The position numbers and the translations under genes were made by a program. Shown in pieces: positions 12,001 to 24,800 of a stretch of 64,000 nucleotides of DNA (position 1 is the first letter of the stretch; the number at the start of each line of letters is the position of its first letter). Under the pieces are notes generated by a model. That model did no database searches and had not been told where the DNA came from. It saw only the letters and a list, made by a program, of their open reading frames with translations. Source of the stretch: Balanoglossus misakiensis (taxonomy: Eukaryota; Animalia; Hemichordata); the NCBI GenBank assembly GCA_040954595.2, contig CM082580.2:12786909-12850908 (forward strand), read 5' to 3'.

Positions 12001-15000
12001 TTGACAAATTTCCACCTACCAGGGTCTCCAATTGTTGAGGAATTCGTAATGTACATTATCATTTGAACTCCTGGTTCTAGCACCCTGATAGTTTGTTGTT
12101 GGACCATGTCGTCTCCATTGGTGTAGGCCACCGTGGTTGAAAGAGTGTGTTCTGTGTCTCTCACGACGGTTTCTGGCGTGTCTAGTAAGATTACACTGAA
12201 TTCTACCAACAGGTTGTCACCTTCAAAGAGCAAGGGAGCATGAAAGTATCAGCAAGGTCCAGGAAACGTATGGCAGAAACAGATAAAGAATAGAAATTTA
12301 CTTGAAAATCTGACAGGCACTTTCATTTATCCAATCACACACTGAATTTGTATTTCGTGTTCAACATTATTCGGACATGGTTTGTAGTGTTCAAGTACTG
12401 TGTACAGTCTACGTCAGATTGCCTTGCCACTATGGTCAAAGTCACAAACTAAAATACACTTACCGTCAAACGTGACTTTGTTGTCTGCATGATTAACCAC
12501 CGTGCCAAAATTCATCAACATACTCGAACGCAGATTCATGTCCCAGTCACCTTTTAAATTCAGACAAACACAGAAATAGCAAAAGTCATTTACATAAATC
12601 ACACTCAAAATATGATTTAGTGAAAAAAGCATGTGTGCATTTTCAATGCAGCAATGCAGGCCTGGTGAAAATATTTTGATGGTATTTCTTCTCTGAACGT
12701 AAGGATACCTCAAGACAATTACAAAGTGGGAGGTTACTAAAACTTAAAAACATTAATATATACTTACCAATAACATCCACAGTGGTTGTACCAAGGTGTG
12801 TATTGGCTGAGTTTATCAGCTCTAGGTTGCTTCCCTGATGACTAATTGTTGAATACCACAACACTAACACTGTCTCTGGAAGTTGGATGTCGACAGTCAT
12901 CTACCAGGGTTGCGATAAAAAAAAAGAAAATAAAATTTGCCAGTTCCTGTAACAATAGATACAATTATTATGGTGATATTGTTATGGTATAAATGGATCT
13001 GTAGTGGCCACTGAGTTTTAATTGCTTTGGGGAGAACGCTGCCACTTTTGTACATACATGTACATGTACCTACCTTTGTGGTGAGTTCAGGAAATGTGAT
13101 GTTCATAATAAAAACAACGTGAGAACCAATGGGCATGGTGTACATGGTGGAGTTTGCAGGAATATCCTTGCCGTAGAGTTCATAAGTCGGCTGGGGTAAG
13201 CTCAGTATGGGACTTGCACCTGCCAGGTACGGCAGGACAATGGGGGAACTCCAGTCCCTTCGATACGAGAGCTCTATGACACATTGGAACTCCTGATGCG
13301 GCTCCATAGAGTTGTCCCACAGGTTGAAAGTCTGCTGGCCCCTGAAGGGAGTCCCAGGTGTAAGTTCAACCAGGTGGATGTAGTAGGCGGGGCCACGGGT
13401 GAAACTCTCGTCCCACTGACTGGTGTCCTCCACGATGATGGTGGTGGTGTTTTCCTCGACAGGAGGGTAGACGAATTCCATGGTCATGGTGTCAGGGACC
13501 GTGACCAGGGCTGGGCAGGTGACCTCCATCCAGATGTCGTACAGAGTGACCTCCAGTGTGTGCTGCAGGGTGAAATTGTACACAATGTCGTCCAGGGCGT
13601 CTGGGTGGGCACCCAAGATGGCTGGAGGGATTTGGGGTATGGTGGGCTGCTTGGTGACGGTGAGTTTGGCCGGGTTGGTGGCTTTGTAATCGCCATTTGG
13701 GGCATTGATGTAGACGGCCTCGGCAAAAGCCTCAACCACATCATCGGGTTCGACATTAGCCAGTGTCCTCACTGAGAACTCCACTTTTATGTTGTCTGTA
13801 TGGTCCACTTTGTCGTTGTAAAGATTGATGAAGGGACTAAACTCCATTTCGATCTTATCAAAGACTGGCTCAAACGGAGCTGTTTCCGACAGAACTTTGC
13901 GCAACTCATATCTCGGGGGTTGGCGTTCGCTGGTGACAAAAGTCAGATTTGTCCAGTGAACAGGACCTGTGAAGGTTTCATTAATCTTTGTTGTTGCTAT
14001 CAACCTGTTGCCGATGACAACAACGATCTCATCTTCCGGCGTGGTGATGTTCATCTTCTGTTCCTCGTTGATTAGCTTACAGGAGATGGTGAGACGCATG
14101 CCTCCGTTTTGACTTTCCGAGGCCTTCAACAGCAGCCTGTAGTCAATCTGTTCATGTTTCAAAGCAAAGTTTGTCTCAGAGAATGTTGGTGTTGCTGTTA
14201 TGGTAGTCACAGGTTTCTTTACCCTGTACTCTACCGATGCTGAAACATAAAAAAAAAATTCTTTCAGTTCAGTTTCATATTTTTGAAGAAACCTCATCTA
14301 CATTCTAGCATGTAACTATGTACAAAATACCCAGGTGATATATGTAGTAGTTGTCGAGTTTTTGCGGTATATGAATAAACAGACATACATACATGTACAT
14401 AAACTGAAGAGTCATTATGTGAAATTTATATGTCATCCGTACGTGAACTTTCTCAGATCTCATTTCTACTTCCACTTGGTTTTCACTTACCCAATACTTC
14501 TGTAACCTGATCACCAGGTCTCTTTGTGATCTGAGTGATGTTAGCTTTTGCTTCAGCTGTGAACTTCTGATTAACTTCAACAGTATTCAGGATCTCACCT
14601 GAAGGAATTAACAAAAAAATATGTTTTCCTCTTATCATATTTTTTTAAATCAAAGACATGCATCAGTGATACATGTTCTTATCGTTGTCAATTATCAATT
14701 CATGTATCATATCCATGAGAACACAGCTATTGAGGTAGCATTTACTTTCATCTCTGTCCTGCACTGCACAACTTAATTCTGGATCAGAAATGGCTAAAAA
14801 AATATTTACCTGAAAATGAAACAGAGATATTGAACGTCTTGTACACAGTTGGCACGAATGGATGATATAAGCCTGTTGTGTTGATGTTCAGACAATCCTT
14901 GGCTATCGTGTATTTATCCGTTGTAGGCAAACCTAAGAAGGGGTCTATGGTGGGTGGTGCACCTGTTGGCATGGGCTTTGGAGACATTTGTATCACCCGA

Positions 15001-17490
15001 CAACCATTCTCATCCACCGGAGTTATGAACAAGGTAGTGATAAACCAGGTACCGTTGATCTTTTTTTCCTGACCTGTTTGGAAAAAAGTAAATATAATAT
15101 AAATTCACCATCGTACAATCAAAACTGTGAAAAACAGCCACAGAAATAGAGAAATATGCTTATTCCTGTGAACGTGGTCACCCACATGCATTCATTTGTA
15201 CTGCTATATCATGATTACTTCCAGGTCTATTTTCCATAGACTCAGCATACCTTGTAAAGTGCATGTGTTTATCTGTTTCATTGCTAAAACAACTTCACAA
15301 ATATTATGAGGGAAACAAGCTCTAGATTGTGAATATGAAAAGAAAAACAAATGCTCTATTTTCTCCTTACGCCAGATTTCTTCTGCAGTCATGTCACACA
15401 TCTTGATGACAATGTCGTCGGGAATAACTGGCGGGGGCAAGGTCGGCTGGGTCCAGTTATAATCAGCAAAGAACAGACCCCTGTCGTTGATCTGTATGCA
15501 GTCTGTTCTCCGGACCCCCGCAGGACAGAGGAAGGAAGACCTGTCTTCCACGGTGGCGTTGAGTCTCTCGATGCACTCCATGGTGTCGACAAAGAAGCAT
15601 TCCGAGGATGCATTGGTCGGCAGGCAGTCTGTGATATCGATGTAGTAGCAGTAGTCTGGGTCCCAGTTCTGCGCAGGCGAGTCATCAAAGAATATACAGT
15701 CTACAGAGATGCAGAAAAATAATTAGTGTGGTGACACTGTATTTATCACCCAACTTCTAATAAACATTAAACTGCTTGACTCTTTCGTTGTTTCAGTGGT
15801 ACACTAGGGCCTGTACTTTTGGATATTTGACATGCACAAAGGAATTTTGGTTATATCTGAATACATGCCAATGGTGAATTTCAGAAAAAGATCATTTATG
15901 TGAGAGTTTTGACAGAAATTGAACAAGCACAACTGGTGGTTGTTAATCATACCCAGGTAATCTGTGCGGTAACAGTCTTTGGATGGAGTCCACCAACAAT
16001 CAGGTCTTCTCCAAGGCTCGGTCAGATTAATCCACATCAGTTGTGAAATATTTGCAGTAAATCGGACCTGTGTAATAATAAAGACAACAAAAAGCCAACC
16101 ATGTCAACATACAACTGTCGCTTGATATTCAATTTGAAAGGCTCAATAATCATGTTAAGGTTTACACTGTACGAAATGTAGCTCTCACCTTGTCAAGTTC
16201 AGAAAGATATTCCATAGTGTAGTTTATCGGTATCATTTGTGGAGAGGTGTCTGGGTCTGGATGTTCCTCCATTAAATCACTGGAAAACATCACATCCATT
16301 GTACCTGAACTCTTATTATGCAGTGTGCTGAATGGGATATCCGCCTGTCAATCACAGTAAAGGGTGATGTGAATATTACATGCCTCAAAGCCATCACATT
16401 TGTCTTGATAACTGGAGGATTACGAGTACCAAGGGTAAGATTCTTTGAAACGCGAGTTAATGTTTATGTTATATTTCCAACAGGGATGTAAACATAATCC
16501 TTATTATTGTACAATGATCCTGAAATTGGCCAGAGAATATGTTGTTGTTACCTCAAAAGTGACGACACATTGAGTGTGCTCACGTTCCACTGAATGAGTC
16601 AGGAACAGATTGTATGTCAGAATGCTGCCGCCATCGATGTTGTTGGGAAATCCATCACCTTCAATTGTGTATGTCAGCTATGAAATAAAAAACAAATGTG
16701 ACCGTCACTGACGAGTCATGGCAGTACATGTACTAACAGTAAAACCTGTCAAAACCGAACCCTGTATACCCCGGTAATCTGGGAAGTTACCTGTCAGTCT
16801 GTACCAAACACCCTTTAATGTCCTGTCCCTTTGACGTAGAACCACGTTAAAAGAACCTCTATAAACCTGATACCTCTCTCAACCGATCAATTTTTTCAAT
16901 TCATTTGTTGTTCGGTTTAGACAGGTTTTACCAGTACTGTATTTAATTTTAATGACCAATTTTGTGCTTGGTATTTTTATGTAAAGTTAATAATCCCTCT
17001 TTTCAGTCCATCACTTTTACCTTTGGCTCAGGAATCACTTCAATGATATCCTCATGACCTAATAGGTGTCTTCCATGATAATACCAGGAATCAACATGAA
17101 CCTGACTGCCTTTAGGAGTGACTGACACATTCTTACTATGAAACAGAATGTGCAGCACATCAAAATGAGCTGCAAAGTAAAGACAAATTAAACTTTACTC
17201 ATTCTGGTCCAACTTCATATGTGATCAAAGGTTAGTTTTGGTTGTTACTTATAGAAATTGTTTTTTTTTTTTCAGGCAAGCATCTTCTGTAGATTTTACA
17301 AAGGCTCAGATCATGCAATTACTATAACTAGTACATAAAGTACAGTTCCTACCACAATACATGTCTTTCTAACCCATAAAGTTAACATAATAGAAATCAA
17401 CTTACCAGGAAACTCTTGCTTGTCAAAACATATGTAAACATAAAAACAAATCAATGAAAAAAGTATTGTTCCCAGAATTCGTCCCAGCAT
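1..17490 (-). CDS. Giant multi-exon secreted/surface glycoprotein with DUF11/fimbrial-like beta-sandwich repeats, a WSC domain, an EGF-like module and several Cys-rich inserts; 3' end lies beyond the window
   Basis: About 30 phase-compatible exons with GT-AG boundaries, e.g. 17406-17490 (MLGRILGTILFSLICFYVYICF, signal peptide-like), 17021-17135, 16551-16677, 16189-16344, 13074-14239, 10416-11466, 7794-9818, 3592-4673 and 1-1550. A motif D-x-G/L-D-x(3)-Y/F-x(5)-H recurs about 6 times. WSC signature GCFLD...CMRLCR..GYFYSGTKNGTECYCGN. Very dense N-x-S/T sequons. The 5'-most splice path is uncertain. Confidence 0.8.
16737..16934. mobile_element. Non-autonomous Tc1/mariner-pogo-like MITE in an intron
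   Basis: Terminal inverted repeats CAGTAAAACCTGTCAAAACCGAAC ... GTTCGGTTTAGACAGGTTTTAC(C)AG followed by TA; about 200 bp; no ORF. Confidence 0.7.
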
Positions 17491-18239
17491 TTCAACTGTT
17501 AGCAATTTTCAATGAGAGACCCTCCTTAACTTCAAACAGGTGGATCTACAGATTAAAGCAGAAACAGACCCATAGAATCAAAGGAGTCAATATATTTGAC
17601 AATCATTTATCTCATTTTTTAATTTTCAAATACGATAAAAATGACTTAGCATCTATTTAAATTTTTGGGTCATGTTTAGTTGTCCATGAACGAGAAAACA
17701 TGGTATAAAAAGATGTATTTCCAAAGAATCGAAAGGAGTGGTGTTAAAAAAATCCAGCCAATGTTGAGAGTGTGAAAGATTTGGTAGAGATGCTAGGGAA
17801 AACATCCCCCACAGGTCCAATCTTCAACATATCCCCCGGGATATCAAATGGTCCATCCCTTATGAACTGGCATCTCATTAATTAACAGGTTGTCATTCTT
17901 TTGTTTTACGTTCATGAGTGGAGGACTAAATACTGTGTCGTGATTGGTGGAATATATAATGTTACTCGTCCTATTGTGTGCCACTACCCAACAGGCAACA
18001 CTGTCAGTCAGCATAACAGCCGAGTGCTGGTGGAAGACGCAGTTGAGCGCAGAGCTCTCTTCATCACAGAGGCTACGCGTCCTCTTTAGTCTTTGCGATA
18101 ACGTACTCGTGACTCGCCTTTGCATCTCTCGTGGTTATTTTGGATGATACTATAGTTATCCATGTACTTTGTTTTCGACAATGATCACTTTCTCTCAGGA
18201 TATATATGTGAATATAGAATTAACCAGATGTTTACCTTT

Positions 18240-18606
18240 ATTTCCACGGAGGAAGCTCAAGTCTTTCTCCATGTTTAAAGTTGGAGCCAAAATGGCAATA
18301 GCGCGAAATAAGTAATCTGTGGGTTCGCACCATGCCTTGAGGGAGGAAATGTCACTGACACGGGAAGGCGAACTATAAAAGCGAAAAATTAAACAAAATT
18401 GTTAATTTTGCGAATAAAAAACAAAAACAAATGGCTTATGTAGTCTTATTGTAACTAACGAATCGTCATACGAACATACAGTTTGCAAAAGAACAACTGC
18501 TTTCATAACCCGGAAGTGTGTCACACGTGTGTTGCAGTCGAAATCAACACACTGCTACTGTGTCCGTATTTGTATTTTGCGTAGTGAACTGAGGCAACGA
18601 ATTATA
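18240..18606. promoter_or_regulatory. Putative bidirectional promoter (giant gene / C1orf131)
   Basis: Short divergent interval with an ETS/GABP-type CCGGAAGTG at 18510-18518 and a YY1-like AAAATGGC near 18289. A minus-strand splice donor near 18236 suggests a non-coding first exon. Confidence 0.5.
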
Positions 18607-20578
18607 ATGGACTCTGATTCAGATAGTAGTGGGAGCTTGGTAGAATCCGTACATCGTGAAATCGTGAATCGGTTGTATGAGTTCGGTGAGTACGGAGGAC
18701 ATTGCTTGTCTCCAACTGTTATTATGTGGAGCGACTGTGGTACATGTATCCTCCATGCTTCAGGATTCTGACGACTATCTCGTATTTCCATGGCCATAAA
18801 AGATGTATGCTCTTTTCTTCGTTATATATGTATGGAGGTATGATGTATCATTGTATGACAAAACCACAAAAGACTACAAGAACCGGTATAGAGTCACGGT
18901 TACCATGGAAAGTTGAGATAGTCAATCATAGATAGCCAGCCTGGTATATTGAACTCCCGGTTGTCTTGACTACCATTATAACAATAGGGACTTAGGAGTT
19001 TCCCGACCTTCTTTCAGTATAGCACAGTCTGTGTTGATATCATGTGGTATTAGTGTTCCCCACCTGTTATAATGGTTGGCATGTTGTGTCGCAGGGGACA
19101 GCCTTCTAGACGATGATGGGTATAAAGAAATGAAGAAAAAGACAAAGAAAAAGAAGTCAAAAATGCTAGACATGGGGGATTGTACATTAAACATAGATTC
19201 TGAAAGGACAGGAGTGAAAAGGAAAAAGAAAAAGAAGAAGTTGAAATCTGAGTGCGAAGTGTCAGACACACAGAACTTACAAGAATCCAAAAAAGACAAA
19301 CTTTGTAAGCGTAGCAAACTACAGGCATGGCGAGAAGAGCTGGAACTTGATACTGTGGCTTTGAATCAGGTCGAAGGTAGCACTAGCAGTAGCAAGATAG
19401 AGTCAATGGATGGAAATGCAGAGAATGATGTAAAGACAGGGAAGAGGAAAGCTCCAGAAATCATTGTGTTTGAAGACAGAAAGAAGAAACAGTCCAAGGT
19501 GAATGTTTTTGTTTGCTTGATTGCTAGCTTGTGTGTATGTGTGTTGTACAACCTCGTTTATGCAAGCTTTAAAATATGACACGAGTTTGTGAATGAAAAG
19601 TTTCAGCATTGCAGCATGACTTCATGAAGATTCCTGATTTTTCTCCAGAAACCAGATAGGAATATGGGAGAAGCACATAATGATGGAGAACAAATGAGTT
19701 TGAAAGAAGCAAGAAGAGAAGTCAGAGATTTTGGAGTTTCAGGTTTCTCATACAAAGATAAAAAGCAGTTTGAAGAACAGAGGGCCATTAAACTTGGGGC
19801 AAAGGTGAGTTTGTTTGTCGAAGAGTCATATGATGTCATGCAGATTCCATAAGGAATTTTTAAGGTCCATAGTTGTTGATATGGGTAATGTATTTATCAG
19901 CATCCATGTAAGCAAAGGTTTCTGTGTGTTAAGTTGCCCAAGCTATCACACTATCTCTGCTGAATTGTCAGGAATCTGTATAATTTATCAATGCATTGTG
20001 TCTTTCAGCCGCCTAAGAGGGAATATGTGAATTACAAGAAATACATGGATATGCAGAAAGAGAAAAAGCAGGCGGAAATGCAACAAAGAGATTTGGTAAG
20101 ACACTGAATAAGGCCTCTGTATGTGTCTTTCATATGTCCCATTTCAATGGAGACGATGAACTTACAAGAGGGGGGATGTTTCTGTAGATATCACTGATGG
20201 TTTCATGTGTTTATTCCATAGGATCGAAAGACGGGACTAAAGGTTTCCAAGAAGAGTTCTGGTAAAAGAGATCCAATGGAAGGCAAATTCAAGTAAGAGC
20301 TTTATCACATTCTGGGTTATGTATATTATTAGGTCGATATTCTTGCTATAATTGACAACTGTGCAATAGCAATTAGTGGTATAGAAACCAAATACATGGA
20401 CAGAAGAGGCATTTATCATTTTCTGTTTGTGTTTTCTTTCCTCAGGAGATTTGGATTTTGGACAGATTCTTCACTGGAGAGAAGTCTTGATGGACAGATT
20501 GGCAGATACAGGCATGGTGTGCAGGTCCTTCGGAAAACAGACATTGAAACGATTAAAAAGACCAGGGTCAAGAAATAG
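18607..20578 (+). CDS. C1orf131: C1orf131 / DUF4602 family protein (SSU processome-associated)
   Basis: Exons 18607-18685, 19095-19498, 19649-19804, 20009-20095, 20222-20292, 20446-20578. The translation contains APEIIVFED, EARREVRDFGVSGF...EEQRAIKLGAKPPKREYVNYK and GQIGRYRHGVQVLRKTDI, matching the remembered family motifs. Lys-rich N-terminus. Confidence 0.85.
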
Positions 20579-21810
20579 TATTAACCACTACACTGCTGTC
20601 GAAACAGTTACCAAGCCACAGTCGGCACCATAGGTGTTGAAACTCTGCCAGTACATCCATGTTTCTTGAACCAAACATAAATGAAATCAAACAAGCAAGT
20701 TAAGATCATCAGATTTATTTCAAAAGTCTTCTTTGGCTTACAATAATAAACAAATCACTTATTTATTCACCATTAAATCAATCAAGTGTCGTACAAGTCA
20801 ATAAATATGAAATTATTCACAAAAAAATTGTGGAATGTTACAAATTCTGATATGTTTTCATTGAACAACTTTTTTTAAGTACTGAATCAAAAGATAATCA
20901 GAAATGAAAGAACGTCAAAAAAATCTACAATTAAGCTTGTGTTTCAAAGTTTGTTACAGGCAAGACATTGGTTCTAAAACTACCGGTACTCAATTTTCAG
21001 TTCTGCTATGATTTCCTTGTATACATATTTACAAAATAATGTACATGGTGTGTTAATTTATAAACTTGTAGCAAAAGAACATGTATAGTACATGGAAAAA
21101 GTTCATAAGTGTTGGTTTTCGGAACCGAGTATCAGAGTACAACACAAGCCGAAGGGCTTATCAATTTTTTTACACAACATGTCAAGAACAATTTTAATTT
21201 TTGAAGGATTAATCTTGTATACTCTCTCATCAGCGAGGTCAACTCCAATCATCTTTATCTAAATGCAGTGCCACAGTACATCAAATTTTACAAAATGTTG
21301 ACATAATAATACTAGTAGGTATAATTAAACTTTCAATAGTGTACAAATGGTACAATTTAGAAAAATAAAAGTTCTCTGCTAAAATGTACATTTCACCGTC
21401 CATGGTAAAGAGGACAACACCAATGTTACCAACACAACTTGATAGATTCATGATCTTTTGTGAAGAAACAAGTGAAAATATTGCCCAGTGTTACCAACAT
21501 GCATGGATTTAAATCTATCAATGGTGATGGTTTCATTTAAAAGCTGAACACTGCAGATTGGAAAAAGATGGCATACTTTCAGAAATAAATATGGCAAAAG
21601 TGGTGTTATTTACAAAGTCTATCACAGCAATTTACATGAGACAGAAAACAGGCCTTGCTTCTTTAGATACTTGTTGGGGAACAGAAGATCTAAATAGTGC
21701 CTTGCAACCCCCACTCCACCCCCAGTGTGGCCATGAAAAGGAGTAAACAACCTTACAAAGTAAAGAAGCTTTGGACGGGCAAGGTGATATTTCGTTTGCA
21801 AAGTCTGTCA

Positions 21811-24800
21811 TCATAGAGGAACCAATGCAGTTAACGCAACGCACAGAACATAGAGTGCCACCAATGAACTGGGATGAGACGCAGCACTCATGCCGAATGG
21901 GTAGAAGAAATCGTAAGGCAGCTTGGCTTGGAATGTTGGCGGCTCTGCAAGGACACCTTGTGGATAGGAAGACGCATCAACAAACCCAACTGAACTGATG
22001 ACTTCAAATGCCTGGGTCACATTCTGTGATTCAGGACGACAGTATGCACCAATGCACTGGAAAAAAAAAGACAATATATTTGTTGGTATTTTCGCCAGGA
22101 CCCATATTTGCATTACTACATTGCATTTAGAAGAGTTATTTCAAGGAATGACGTTTTCAAAACTTAAGTGGTACCGGTATTTCTGAATTTCAATGTAAAT
22201 GTTCAGATAAATACCAAAAAGTAAGAGCAATTTTTAACACCAGAATGAAGCCACATATCTACATATTTTACTTGCTCAAATGTGAGGACGTGTTTGCTAA
22301 AACGTGTACATGTATGTCTTGGTTAGAACATGACTGAAAGTGCATTCTAACATTCCACAACTTTACCTGATAGTTGAGATCAACAGCATCTGCGTATCTG
22401 TAAGTCACACCTATGATCTTAGGCTGTGGATTTGCCAGAGATCCTGTATCAGCATAGAGGATTTCCAGGTGAACACCAAGCACCATGTTACGACATACAC
22501 CTGCCTGTCCAGTGGATGGCTGATGAGAAAATTGCAACGAAGCCGTGTTAATAATCAGGCACTCAGTATACATCTACAAAAATTCTAAAAAACCTGGTGA
22601 GAGTGGAAAATATTTCTACTTACAGTTGGAGCAGAGGATGGTATGTTGGAGTAAAGAATTGGCACCCAGTCTCCAAAGGTTTCAGGATTTGAGTTGCCAA
22701 ACATGGCAACATGGGTGGGTGGAAAGTCTCCAAAGAGTGTGTTATTGATAGTGGCTTGGATCGATTCACAGATGTCTGACATGTTCATGAAATACACCCT
22801 GAAGAGAAAACACAGTAGGCATAGTGTAACAGCCATATTGGATTTTTATCACCAATCATATTTTTACCACATGTATATCTTCACAGCAGTATCATGTGCT
22901 GGCAAAGATTTTGTAACTAATAGGAAAATATCGGCAATACTCACTCCAGCATACAGCCAGTTCTCATGGACAATCCGTACGTCACAGAAGCTCTAGAATC
23001 GGCATCAGACACACAGTCACCATTGACCGTGGGCGATACCACAGTCAACCAGTTGTCTCTGTCACTGCCCAGATTAATGCTATATGTACAGAACAAGTCA
23101 AGGTCAATGCACAGAACAGAGCAATGTGAGGGTGAGAGACATCATGATAAGGTCTGTAAGCACCTCAACTATTCTTGTGATAGACACTGTGCACGATTCA
23201 ATTCTATGCACTGCAGAAATAACGCTACAGCTGGCATGGCTTCCTTTGCATATTGACAAAAGGATATCTCTCTTCTCCCTGATCATCTATTATTGTTTGC
23301 TCGTTTCCAGCCAGCAACGGCTCAGCAACCACGTATCCCGGGTTACCACTTTTCTTGAACACATCAGTGACATCCATCTGTTGGTTTGTCAGTATAGAGA
23401 GGACAAAAAAGCAAGCGTAAGAAAAGCAAACTGTACTGGTAATAGAAAGAAACATTATACCTAGTTGTAATGTTGACAAAACCGAGTCAATATACACCAA
23501 ACCATGGAAATGTCTGCTTGAAACAGCTCGTATTTCTACTCACATCAGTAAAGGATGATGCAAACGTCTGTGCCAGTGGTAAAGCATTACTGGTGATGTT
23601 GCCAAACACAAGCTGTACTTGGACACTGTTGATACCAAATGTGCCATTTGTTGTAAACATGTATGTCACCTGAAAGGGAAAAAAGATCAATTGCCATGAA
23701 AGAAACACTACAATGTACATCCAAAGGGACACTTAAATTTACATTTTCTTCACTGGTATAGCTCAGGATAAAACGTAATCACAAAACACTTCTCCATGAC
23801 CATGAAAAAGCAACTGGTCTGACAGGTTAGCTAACAATGTAGCCTCTTTACTCACCTCGTGAATTGCATCCTGGCAGATGAGTGACCCTGCATCATAGGA
23901 CGGTTTGGGAATCTCGTCGGTTGTGAAATTGCATTCCCTCTTGACGCCAAACATGTCAATGCAGAGTAACGGCAGTGCCACCTCGACCTCGAGCAGCCAG
24001 GGGTGGTAGTACAGGGTGTCGTTCTGGAACGGTGCTTCAGTTGGTGCTGCGGTGGCATTGGTGGCGTTGAGCGCTGCAGTCGTAGGGATCGGTGCTGCTG
24101 TGGTGATGTTCACGGTGATGGGGGTTGGTTCGATCACTTGGAACAAATATGGTGTCTGGGCGAAATGGGAGAAATGATCACTATATTGAGTTTACAGCAC
24201 TTGCATGTGCATCATATATATGCATGAATTGTACTGATTGAATTGTACTGTACATGCACCACTGACAGATTTGATGTACATGTACACAGCAATTTTTCTG
24301 AGAGGTATAGGAATACTTACAGAAGCCACTTTGAATCCCTGATAATATGTCTGTGCGGTCAGAGCTGGCATAGACTCACATTGGCTTTCCAGATCTGACA
24401 GTGCTCTGGTACATCGGTAGGACTGATCAAACAGGTAGGCTGTGAGTGTGAACAAGTACAAAGTATGGTATTTTATGGTATGCACTGGAAGCATATACAT
24501 CATGTGACAGAAATACAATATTAAATCTTGCAGATACTGTAGATTCATTGGAAAATAAACAACTAAAGAGGAGCTAGCAGGGATTAGACACAAACATACT
24601 GTCGCCATGATTTTAATAAATTTACTTTCTAACTGAGAAAAGTATATATTTTCCATCTACTGCCTTGTTGTACTCTGCAATGCACATCCCTGTAAACTTC
24701 TCGCAACTTCAATGAATGACCTAATTTTCACTAAAGTGCAACTCATCCCCACTCTGACATAACTGTAATTGTAATGACATTCAGGCCTTATAAACCATTC

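Noticed and set aside
1-17490. Polycystin-1 (PKD1-like) identity for the giant WSC-containing gene
   Set aside because: No PKD (WDFGDG), REJ, GPS, PLAT or multi-TM signatures are seen in the window.
18237-18272. Minus-strand MEKDLSFLRGNK exon as the giant gene's coding start
   Set aside because: The next exon (17406-17545) has stops in all frames before the signal-peptide ATG, so this is treated as 5' UTR/uORF.
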